Positions 1 to 6,908 of a DNA stretch of 27,929 nucleotides are shown one piece after another. The translations under genes were made by a program, and so were the position numbers. Under the pieces are notes generated by a model. That model was given only the letters and a program-made list of their open reading frames with translations. It was not told where the DNA came from and ran no database searches. Numbering within the stretch: the first letter of the stretch is position 1; the number at the start of each line of letters is the position of its first letter. This stretch comes from a virus (lineage: Duplodnaviria; Caudoviricetes): IMG/VR virus record IMGVR_UViG_3300044267_000302, positions 1 to 27,929 of that record; one strand, written 5' to 3'.

Positions 1-1600
1 GTATTGATAGTAATTCTTCTTTTCTTTTAGAGATATTTAGGTCTTCATTTTGAGCCATGTAGTCTGTCCAGTAGGCAACTGCACCTGCTAGAGAGTCAAC
101 AAGGTCATCATGTACAAGGGAACCTCTGTGTCTAGATATTCGAGATAGTTGATATACAAGTTGAAGCTTTAATCTTCTTTCTGGTGTCTCTTGAGGGTTA
201 GAACGGAAGTCTTTTTCTATCACTTTGCGGTCTATTATCAGGCGGTGAGAGTTCATTACAGGTTCTAATGTGTCTATTATTCGTAGTTCTTTGGTTTTAT
301 TGTTTCTAACGTCTTCAACTTGACATGGGTGGAACCTCATTAGGAAAGGTTTAAGGAGTTCAGCGAACATACCACCACCGAAGTTTTGTTCAACGAGTAT
401 TTGATTTATGTTATTGTCTCTAGCAATCTTACTAATTCTTTCCAGAACGGCATCTGAGTAGCCCCCAGAGAGTCCTAAACACTCTGTGACGTATAAATTA
501 CCATTAAGCATCTTAACGCAGCTTATAGCGGTCTGATCCTTGCCCTTTCCAGAGGGGTCAACGAACATAACTGACCCTGTATATTCTATGAAGTCTCCAA
601 ATTCTTGGGCTGGTCGATAGAATCTATCGCCATTAAACCCTACACATTGGAGATCTGTGATGACATATTCGGGATTATTAGACCAAATAATTTTTTCTGG
701 TGCAAATTCTTTATTTACAGAAGCAATTACTAGGTCGTTTATCTTTAAAGGGTATCTATCTTGATCTGAAAGGGTTGTATCTAGTTGGAACTGTAGATTG
801 AAGCCAGAACGACCATAGGAAGCTTCACGTTCCATTAGATCTTGTGCTGAGAACCTTATAGGGTCTACAGGATCTTTAGGCTTTACAAGCCCTTCTAGAA
901 GTTCTTTTTGAATTTTAGGAGCAAGTCTATCTCCATAGTTGTTTTTTAGTTCTGGGTATCTGGCAGTCCATATTCTTGTTTCATATCCTCTTTCTTCTAG
1001 TGTTAGGTACACAGAGTTTTCTACTTGTGGTGTACCTAGAAAAGTAATTTTGCCATTTGGTTTTAAGATAGCTTCAAATTCTTTTACAGCTTCACTAAGT
1101 TTGTCTCTCATGGGCTGTGTGTAGGAATTATTAGGAACTTCTACGTCATCAGCGATTACTTCATCTGCCCTAGCTCCTGACATTTGTCCTAATACACCCC
1201 TAGAAGAGCATGAGGGAGCATGATCAGCCTGTGCAGGTTTTACATCAAAACTTACCTTACTGTTTCTCTGGTCATCTCTGGGTATTAAATCAGCTAATAT
1301 TGGCATCTCATTGATAAGACGCATGGTAAATGTAGTAAAGTTATCGGCTCTATCTTTACTGGCAGATACGACTAAGAACTTTAGCTGTGGGTCCATACGA
1401 AGTCTCCACACTACATAGGTAGATGTAATCCAACTTTTACCTACACCACGAAATCCCTGTATGATTTTACGTCTTGCACCATATTGTAGATATTCAGCTA
1501 TATCTAACTGAACAGGTGTAGGGTCTGGTAGGTTTAGATGTCTCCAAGTAACGATTAAGAAATATCTAAAGTCTTGTAATTTTTTTGGTAAAGGTTGCAA
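1..1600 (-). CDS. terL: Terminase large subunit (T7 gp19-like), 3' end runs off the window
   Basis: Not in the ORF track because it has no stop in the window. Manual translation from TTG at 1600, abutting the TerS stop: MQPLPKKLQDFRYFL...IIQGFRGVGKSWIT (Walker A)...EVIADDVE (Walker B)...FLGTPQ (motif III)...MFVDPSGKGKDQT (nuclease Asp)...HDDLVDSLAGAV. Confidence 0.96.
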   Translation of the reverse strand, partial: MQPLPKKLQDFRYFLIVTWRHLNLPDPTPVQLDIAEYLQYGARRKIIQGFRGVGKSWITSTYVVWRLRMDPQLKFLVVSASKDRADNFTTFTMRLINEMPILADLIPRDDQRNSKVSFDVKPAQADHAPSCSSRGVLGQMSGARADEVIADDVEVPNNSYTQPMRDKLSEAVKEFEAILKPNGKITFLGTPQVENSVYLTLEERGYETRIWTARYPELKNNYGDRLAPKIQKELLEGLVKPKDPVDPIRFSAQDLMEREASYGRSGFNLQFQLDTTLSDQDRYPLKINDLVIASVNKEFAPEKIIWSNNPEYVITDLQCVGFNGDRFYRPAQEFGDFIEYTGSVMFVDPSGKGKDQTAISCVKMLNGNLYVTECLGLSGGYSDAVLERISKIARDNNINQILVEQNFGGGMFAELLKPFLMRFHPCQVEDVRNNKTKELRIIDTLEPVMNSHRLIIDRKVIEKDFRSNPQETPERRLKLQLVYQLSRISRHRGSLVHDDLVDSLAGAVAYWTDYMAQNEDLNISKRKEELLSI

Positions 1601-1822
1601 TTATAAATCAGCTAAAGGTACAGCATCTAGGTCTGGTAAGTTCTCCATAAGCTCTTGCATTGGGTTTTTTTCTACAGGTAAGCACTCAACACCATTATCT
1701 TTTAGAAACTGTCTAGCTACGTTTAGATCCCCTGCCTTTGCTTCTCCACTTTGTATTTTACCTAATAGTTCTTTTGCTAAACATTCATGTAAAGTTTCTA
1801 ATGTTTTTAAACTTCTATCCAT
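1601..1822 (-). CDS. terS: Terminase small subunit (T7 gp18-like DNA packaging protein)
   Basis: 73 aa directly upstream of terL; helical with the LNVARQFLKDNGV motif typical of small terminases of T7-like phages. Confidence 0.8.
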   Translation of the reverse strand: MDRSLKTLETLHECLAKELLGKIQSGEAKAGDLNVARQFLKDNGVECLPVEKNPMQELMENLPDLDAVPLADL

Positions 1823-1843
1823 GATTAGTCTTGTTTTTTAAAT

Positions 1844-1849
1844 AATATA
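1844..1849 (-). promoter_or_regulatory. Putative sigma70-type -10 box (TATATT) upstream of terS
   Basis: Minus strand reads GTGAT-TATATT-ATTT, 21 nt before the terS ATG; only a weak -35. Confidence 0.35.
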
Positions 1850-1850
1850 A

Positions 1851-2159
1851 TCACTTCTTATCTGTATTGCCAGTAAGAAGATACTTTATCTTACCAAAAA
1901 ACCCTAGTTTTCTAACTTTTTTATATAGTTTCATACCTCTTTCATACTTATATAGTTTAGTTTCTATTTCTGATATACGCATTATTGCTGAAGTCAAAAG
2001 CAAATCTTGTAGCTTGGTGTACTTAACCAAATCTAGACAATATGCTTTTATAGCTTCATCAGGCATTTGTTCTGTTTCACGTTGTTTGACCTCAATTTCA
2101 AACTCTATTTCTGGCGGTGGGTTGCCAATAAGTACTTTAAAAAATTCTTTGTGGTTCAT
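1851..2159 (-). CDS. Hypothetical protein, 102 aa, helical/coiled-coil with basic C-terminus
   Basis: ATG start 1 nt after the upstream stop, co-oriented with the late operon; no recognisable motif. Confidence 0.75.
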   Translation of the reverse strand: MNHKEFFKVLIGNPPPEIEFEIEVKQRETEQMPDEAIKAYCLDLVKYTKLQDLLLTSAIMRISEIETKLYKYERGMKLYKKVRKLGFFGKIKYLLTGNTDKK

Positions 2160-2160
2160 A

Positions 2161-2325
2161 TTAGTTCATTTTAGGAAATAACTTTTGTTCTAATAAATCA
2201 ACTGCTCTATCGTCTAATGTGTTTGAAGTTTGCTGACAGATTACACGTAATAAATCTATTATTAATCGTTTACAACCTGTCGTAGAAAGGAAGCGTAATA
2301 GTATAGGCTTTAGTATTTTGTACAT
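2161..2325 (-). CDS. Small hypothetical protein, 54 aa, amphipathic (possible lysis-associated)
   Basis: Start moved to the ATG at 2325 (MYKILKPILLRFLSTT...SNTLDDRAVDLL), because the track's GTG at 2355 lies upstream of a likely promoter -10. An N-x-x-D-D motif follows an amphipathic N-terminus. Confidence 0.7.
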   Translation of the reverse strand: MYKILKPILLRFLSTTGCKRLIIDLLRVICQQTSNTLDDRAVDLLEQKLFPKMN

Positions 2326-2343
2326 AGTTTGTTCGTTTTTCCA

Positions 2344-2352
2344 AACATAGCA
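2344..2352 (-). promoter_or_regulatory. Putative extended -10 promoter TG-C-TATGTT
   Basis: Located 18 nt upstream of the ATG at 2325 in the intergenic gap 2326-2356. Confidence 0.5.
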
Positions 2353-2356
2353 CACG

Positions 2357-2518
2357 TTATTGTATCTTGCCTTCTATTCTGCTAACCGCTTGCGACAACT
2401 TGTTTAATCTAAAGTAAATGTCTCGTATGTCTCGTTCTCTACGACTACTCATATTAGATAACACCATAACTAAAGCTGTAGCTGCTGCTCCCACTAATGC
2501 ACCATATATCTCAGGCAT
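2357..2518 (-). CDS. Small membrane protein, 53 aa (N-terminal TM + coiled coil; holin-like candidate)
   Basis: Below the ORF-track cutoff. Manual translation MPEIYGALVGAAATALVMVLSNMSSRRERDIRDIYFRLNKLSQAVSRIEGKIQ*; fills the gap and shows a TM helix then a heptad pattern. Confidence 0.75.
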   Translation of the reverse strand: MPEIYGALVGAAATALVMVLSNMSSRRERDIRDIYFRLNKLSQAVSRIEGKIQ

Positions 2519-2547
2519 TTGCGTAAATAGGTAATTATGTATAGTAT
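2519..2547 (+). promoter_or_regulatory. sigma70-type promoter for the inverted operon
   Basis: TTGCGT (2519-2524), 17-nt spacer, TAGTAT (2542-2547), 18 nt before the ATG at 2566. Confidence 0.65.
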
Positions 2548-2565
2548 GACTAATAAATACTAATT

Positions 2566-2823
2566 ATGGCAGAAGAACAAGAAGAAAAAGAAGGTACGGA
2601 TTGGGGTGAACTTTTTGGTCACGCTGTTCGATTCATGATTCTTGTCTGGTCATTAGCAATGATGACTCTTGGCTATATGGATAAGATTAGGAATGATGGA
2701 GCATTCCTTGCAGGTCTGACCTCGGGGGTCTTAGGATCTTATGGTATAAGTGTGAACAAAAAGAAACCTGCTAACGCTGCTAAAGTATTAGATAACAAAG
2801 ACACCAACGTAGGAGTCAAATGA
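2566..2823 (+). CDS. Small two-TM membrane protein, first gene of the inverted operon
   Basis: Acidic N-terminus, hydrophobic segments AVRFMILVWSLAMMTLGYM and GAFLAGLTSGVLGSYGI, basic C-tail; ATGA overlap with the next gene. Confidence 0.85.
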   Translation: MAEEQEEKEGTDWGELFGHAVRFMILVWSLAMMTLGYMDKIRNDGAFLAGLTSGVLGSYGISVNKKKPANAAKVLDNKDTNVGVK

Positions 2824-3338
2824 AAAAACTACTGCCTTTCATTATCTTTCTTTCTCCATCTAGTGCCTTTGCTGATATCACAGCCAAGTATGTAACTTCA
2901 GCACAGATTTCTATTGACTCTCCTTATGTAATTACAAATGCCGCACCTAGTACATACTCTATAAGTGGAAATAATGTTACTACCTCTACAGGAACAGGAG
3001 ACAGTATAGTGACAAATGGGTTAGGTGGACTGAATCTTGGCAGCTTAAGCAATGGAGTTCCAGCTTTAGTAAATACAAATAAGACAGTAACAACTGCTGG
3101 TTCTGCCTTCTCTCTCAGCGAAAGTTATCAAGCTGGAGACGTAACACAATCAGCAATCACTCCTTCTAGCGGTATTGCAAGTCTTCCTGTACTTGGTGGA
3201 CAAACCACAGTAATTTCTGGAGGTACTGCTGGAAATCTCGCCCTTACGAGTGTTAGCTCGGGGATTCATACTTGTACTGCTGGTGGTTCTGGAACAAGCT
3301 GTATTGCTTCAACTACTGTTCAGATTGAAATTGACTAG
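2820..3338 (+). CDS. Secreted Ser/Thr/Gly-rich beta protein A, 172 aa
   Basis: Sec signal peptide MKKLLPFIIFLSPSSAFA|D; mature part nearly uncharged; Cys pair CTAGGSGTSC near the C-terminus. Confidence 0.88.
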   Translation: MKKLLPFIIFLSPSSAFADITAKYVTSAQISIDSPYVITNAAPSTYSISGNNVTTSTGTGDSIVTNGLGGLNLGSLSNGVPALVNTNKTVTTAGSAFSLSESYQAGDVTQSAITPSSGIASLPVLGGQTTVISGGTAGNLALTSVSSGIHTCTAGGSGTSCIASTTVQIEID

Positions 3339-3768
3339 ATTTTGGTTATTATTAATATTACTACTACCTTTGAGAACCCTTGCCACACCTGTCGTTCCTC
3401 AGTTTAGGTCTGGTTCAAGCACTCAAAGTTCTACTTCGCAATCAGTAATTAATGAGACAATTACCTCTCACCAATACAATTCTGGCTTTTCATACTCTGC
3501 ATCAGGCCACAATATCGAATCAGCAGACCTTAATGGTTATATCAACCCTTCAACAGTTGCTGGAACAACTCAAACTCTTAATGGTGTCCAATTTAGTTGG
3601 ACAAGTCCATCACTTGAAGCAGTCCCCAGATGGAAAATAGTAAATGCTGGACAAAGTTTCAGTTTAGTGGAATCGCTGCAAGGTGCTGGCCTTTCAAACG
3701 TAACCACAATAAATCGGACTATTACAACTACCACAACAACGGAAACTCAAAGTATTTTTGGTCAGTAA
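3331..3768 (+). CDS. Secreted Ser/Thr-rich beta protein B, 145 aa, paralog of protein A
   Basis: Start revised to TTG at 3331 (TTGACTAG overlap with the upstream stop), giving the signal peptide MTRFWLLLILLLPLRTLA|T. Shares YSxSGxN(V/I) and AGxxFSLxESxQ motifs with protein A. Confidence 0.82.
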   Translation: MTRFWLLLILLLPLRTLATPVVPQFRSGSSTQSSTSQSVINETITSHQYNSGFSYSASGHNIESADLNGYINPSTVAGTTQTLNGVQFSWTSPSLEAVPRWKIVNAGQSFSLVESLQGAGLSNVTTINRTITTTTTTETQSIFGQ

Positions 3769-4346
3769 TTCTTGTAATCCTTTGCCCTGCAAGGGTTTTG
3801 GCTAATACGACTGTTGCTTCGCCTAGCTCGAATGCCCAAGGGGTAGTGAATAACAACGCAACCATGATTACACCCTCCAGCTTGCCCCAGAATCGCTACA
3901 GTCAAGGAATTGTTTGTACCTCGCCCAGTTTGACCATAACTCCTTATTTGACAGATGCGTGGTCATTTAACCGCCCTATAGAAACAGTTACTAAACAAAA
4001 TATTTACGATGAAGATACAGGCCAAATTAAATATGTTCAAGAAACCCCAAGGTTCGAGAAGGATAATTACAACTTAAATTATGGAATATCTATGCAATTT
4101 AATATTCCTTTGGGTAAAGGTGGTGAGCTTTGCCAGAAAGCTGCAAGGGTAAATATTGAAGCTCAAGAGTTATTAATATCAAAAACTAAAATGGAAATGG
4201 AATTATATCGTTTAAAAATTTGCGGTGAGCAAGCAAGATTAGGAGTTGTTTTTGTCGGTAAGTATCAAGTTAATTGTGATGGAATCAAACTTATTGCACA
4301 ACCAAATCAAGTTCTACCTCATACACACAAAATAAAAACTAAGTAG
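3630..4346 (+). CDS. Secreted Cys-containing protein with beta-hairpin + long helix (outer-membrane pore-like candidate); start uncertain
   Basis: Signal-like segment KYFWSVILVILCPARVLA|N at residues 41-58; four Cys in the mature part; alternating strand NYGISMQFNIPLG followed by a long amphipathic helix. Confidence 0.8.
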   Translation: MENSKCWTKFQFSGIAARCWPFKRNHNKSDYYNYHNNGNSKYFWSVILVILCPARVLANTTVASPSSNAQGVVNNNATMITPSSLPQNRYSQGIVCTSPSLTITPYLTDAWSFNRPIETVTKQNIYDEDTGQIKYVQETPRFEKDNYNLNYGISMQFNIPLGKGGELCQKAARVNIEAQELLISKTKMEMELYRLKICGEQARLGVVFVGKYQVNCDGIKLIAQPNQVLPHTHKIKTK

Positions 4347-4986
4347 ATTTATCTTTTTTCTTTGTAAGCTTTTTAACAATATTCTTAATAGCTGGTTTGA
4401 TTATATTGAGAATAAGAGGAGAACTCGCAGCCACAAGACCAATAACAGCAGTAGAGACAATAGTGCTAGGTTCTGGGATGTATTGATCTTTAAACGAAAC
4501 GTCTTCATAGAGAGTTATACATCTAGTCCCATCTTCGCTTCTTTTGTGAGAAATAACACGTTCTAACTTTTTTTCGTTACGAAAATCTCCCACCCTCTGC
4601 TCTTTCGAGGAAGGACATTCTACAAACTTAACTTCTTTTTTTTCTTCTTTAGGTTGCTTCACTTCTGGTGTTTTAGTTTCTGGCATTGCTGGTTGTTCAT
4701 TAGTTACAGGCAAATCCTCAGTAATTACTATTTGATCTGGTCTGTAATCAATAGGGTAAAAGTTAGGAAATAAAGATTCTCCACAGGTCAGAAACACTCC
4801 GTTTGGGTCATCAAGTAAAAGCTGTGTATTACCAGTATTTTTTATATCTCTATGCTGATAAGTACAACCTACAACATCTATTTCTAAATTTGTTATTACA
4901 GGCAATACAGGGTCAGGTTTGTATACCTCAGGAATATATACCTCAGGAATATTTACTTCTCTAATACCTATCTCAGGTATCTCCAT
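4339..4986 (-). CDS. Hypothetical protein, 215 aa, Pro-rich, four Cys, C-terminal membrane anchor
   Basis: IPE repeats at the N-terminus, Pro/Glu/Lys linker, TM STIVSTAVIGLVAASSPLILNII then a Lys-rich tail; converges on the inverted operon with an 8-nt stop overlap. Confidence 0.85.
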   Translation of the reverse strand: MEIPEIGIREVNIPEVYIPEVYKPDPVLPVITNLEIDVVGCTYQHRDIKNTGNTQLLLDDPNGVFLTCGESLFPNFYPIDYRPDQIVITEDLPVTNEQPAMPETKTPEVKQPKEEKKEVKFVECPSSKEQRVGDFRNEKKLERVISHKRSEDGTRCITLYEDVSFKDQYIPEPSTIVSTAVIGLVAASSPLILNIIKPAIKNIVKKLTKKKDKST

Positions 4987-5194
4987 CTTCTATGTCTCCA
5001 ATAGAAATAGACCAACCATCTTCTCCAAAAGTACCTTTTTCTACAATTTTTGGTTTCTTTACTTTTTTATCTAATTCTTCGTGATACTTTTTTATGTCAT
5101 TATCTAACTCTAAATTAAATTTAGTCATACGCATCCAATGAATTAATTTATCTATGTAATATTTAATTAGCTTTTTTAAAAATCCAAAAACCAT
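4973..5194 (-). CDS. Hypothetical protein, 73 aa, amphipathic N-terminus
   Basis: TAATG coupling to the upstream gene and a 14-nt overlap with the downstream gene. Confidence 0.7.
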   Translation of the reverse strand: MVFGFLKKLIKYYIDKLIHWMRMTKFNLELDNDIKKYHEELDKKVKKPKIVEKGTFGEDGWSISIGDIEDGDT

Positions 5195-5430
5195 TATTTA
5201 GTTGGTGCTGGTGGTCTAAACTCTGGAACTGTTGGGCCTGTCATATCTGGTAAAGCATTATCTAAAACTTTGGGCATAAGCCCCTGTACATTTGAAAGTA
5301 CTTCGTTCATTAATTTGGCTTTGAATTGTTCAGAACTCAGATATTTATAACCCATGTAACTTGCACCTAAAGTACTGGTTATGAGAACAAATGAGGCTAT
5401 ACTTAAAATGTTAGCAATTTTTTGAAACAT
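5194..5430 (-). CDS. Small signal-anchored membrane protein, 78 aa
   Basis: N-terminal TM (IANILSIASFVLITSTLGASYMGY), then an amphipathic helix and a Pro-rich tail. Confidence 0.8.
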   Translation of the reverse strand: MFQKIANILSIASFVLITSTLGASYMGYKYLSSEQFKAKLMNEVLSNVQGLMPKVLDNALPDMTGPTVPEFRPPAPTK

Positions 5431-5560
5431 GGTTAAAGAGGCAATACTAAAAGCGATTTCTCACAGTCTTATTATATCTTTTTTAATAATTATTCCTACT
5501 ATTACTCCTTTATATTTAATAACCAGCTATATGACAAGACAAATGGAAAAGACTAACTAA
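5429..5560 (+). CDS. Putative 43-aa single-TM microprotein on the opposite strand
   Basis: Manual translation MVKEAILKAISHSLIISFLIIIPTITPLYLITSYMTRQMEKTN*; spans the whole gap between two minus-strand genes. Confidence 0.5.
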   Translation: MVKEAILKAISHSLIISFLIIIPTITPLYLITSYMTRQMEKTN

Positions 5561-5736
5561 TCAGCAGCTTCGGCTGTGTTTCCCTCTGCTACCCACTCAA
5601 GGTACTCTTGGTAGTCGGTATTGTCTGAATTAATAGGTATCGAATAAACCAAAGAATTTTTAATTGTTTTAACTCCTATAATGTTATCCCTTTCATTTTT
5701 TAAAAGTTTATAAATTGGGTTTGTTGGAAATGCCAT
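5557..5736 (-). CDS. Small tail-fibre-associated (assembly chaperone-like) protein, 59 aa
   Basis: Below the track cutoff. Manual translation MAFPTNPIYKLL...SIPINSDNTDYQEYLEWVAEGNTAEAAD*; the IPxxxxNxDYQEYLEW motif is characteristic of small genes that follow phage fibre genes. Confidence 0.8.
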   Translation of the reverse strand: MAFPTNPIYKLLKNERDNIIGVKTIKNSLVYSIPINSDNTDYQEYLEWVAEGNTAEAAD

Positions 5737-5739
5737 AAT

Positions 5740-6906
5740 TTAAAGCTCCGCATTGAATCCTAATACTGCTGATGTAGATTCAGCAGCCATTAATATGCCT
5801 ACACCATCAGAGGGGTTAGAAACATTACCATCTGCTTGGATTCTTGCAGTTGTTGTACTTACAGTTGACAAGGTCATTGTATCAAAAAAATCAGTATTAC
5901 CTCCTTGTTGATAGTAATAAGCATCTGTAAAATTGCTTGCGACAATACTTGGTGGATTTCTCATCTTAACTGGAAAATGCACTATTGCTCTAACTCCGTA
6001 ACTCATAGTTCCAGATGCGATTGGGTCATTAGAATTACCATCAAGAGGAGTATAATAATACCTCTGACATAAAGCAAGCTCCTGACCATAAGACCTATGC
6101 TCAAACAAGGTCGCATAATCTGAAACTTCTAGTTGCAAACCTGTAATTTCAAATGTTGCATCATTTGTTGTAAACCATGTTGAAGTTTGATCTGGTGTCC
6201 TTGAACCAGCAGCGTAAGCATTCCATTGATTTAAAGAAACTCCTGACGCTGTAGAATCTGTACCCATGAAAGCCTGAATTTCAACTTGAAGTCCTGATCC
6301 ATTATCATTATTAAAAGTTAAATTAGAATTTCCAGAAATTGTTTTAGTTACTTTTGTCCAAGTATCAGCAGATAAAGAACCTGTCTCGAAGGGATATAGA
6401 TATCCACTTCCATCAAACGTCTCTAAATATCCATAAAAATTTTGTGCAACACTTGATTTTACCCAAAAAGATAATGTTATATAACTTGAACTTGATGTAT
6501 AGTTCCAACCACTATTGGCAATATTCTGTGCCTCTATTCTATGTTGAAATTTAATAAAATCACCAGCACCAGCACCACTTGTTTGGTTTCCATTAGTGAT
6601 TTTAAAAGACTTTCTAAAACCTAATGTATATGGAGTAGTTCCACTTGCTACATCTGCGTGTGCCTGAGTAGGTACTTCATCCAAACCAGAAGAATTATAA
6701 CTTAGTCTTACTCTATCAACACTTCCATAACCATTAGTTGTAGATGACGTACCACGTTGAGCCACTTGCATCGCTCCGTTGATTATTAAATTTTTATTAC
6801 TTCTGTTAGTAATATTGGCAGTACACGTTCCATCAGTATTGTTGACAGTAATAGCAGCAGCACTAGCTCCTACCCCTTTTATCGAATTTACCTTGATCTC
6901 TGACAT
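5740..6906 (-). CDS. Tail fibre / receptor-binding-like protein with probable carbohydrate-binding beta-sandwich, 388 aa
   Basis: Motifs KNLIINGAMQVAQRG, ITLSFWVKS, ITGLQLE and ELALCQRYY as seen in phage fibre-region proteins; lies in the tail cluster. Confidence 0.75.
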   Translation of the reverse strand: MSEIKVNSIKGVGASAAAITVNNTDGTCTANITNRSNKNLIINGAMQVAQRGTSSTTNGYGSVDRVRLSYNSSGLDEVPTQAHADVASGTTPYTLGFRKSFKITNGNQTSGAGAGDFIKFQHRIEAQNIANSGWNYTSSSSYITLSFWVKSSVAQNFYGYLETFDGSGYLYPFETGSLSADTWTKVTKTISGNSNLTFNNDNGSGLQVEIQAFMGTDSTASGVSLNQWNAYAAGSRTPDQTSTWFTTNDATFEITGLQLEVSDYATLFEHRSYGQELALCQRYYYTPLDGNSNDPIASGTMSYGVRAIVHFPVKMRNPPSIVASNFTDAYYYQQGGNTDFFDTMTLSTVSTTTARIQADGNVSNPSDGVGILMAAESTSAVLGFNAEL

Positions 6907-6908
6907 AA

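Noticed and set aside
939-1124. Plus-strand 61-aa ORF
   Set aside because: Antisense shadow of terL, which the track missed because it lacks a stop in the window.
1867-2181. Plus-strand 104-aa ORF
   Set aside because: Lies antisense to the 102-aa minus-strand gene that fits the operon; Ser/Leu/Ile-rich shadow composition.
2326-2355. GTG-initiated extension (MCYVWKNEQT) of the 2161 ORF
   Set aside because: Overlaps a likely extended -10 promoter; the ATG at 2325 is the more plausible start.
3250-3330. N-terminal extension of gene B in the ORF track
   Set aside because: TTG at 3331 gives a clean signal peptide and standard coupling to the upstream stop.
3452-3640. Nested 62-aa plus-strand ORF inside gene B (considered as Rz1-like)
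   Set aside because: No signal peptide, lipobox or Cys; looks like an alternative-frame by-product.
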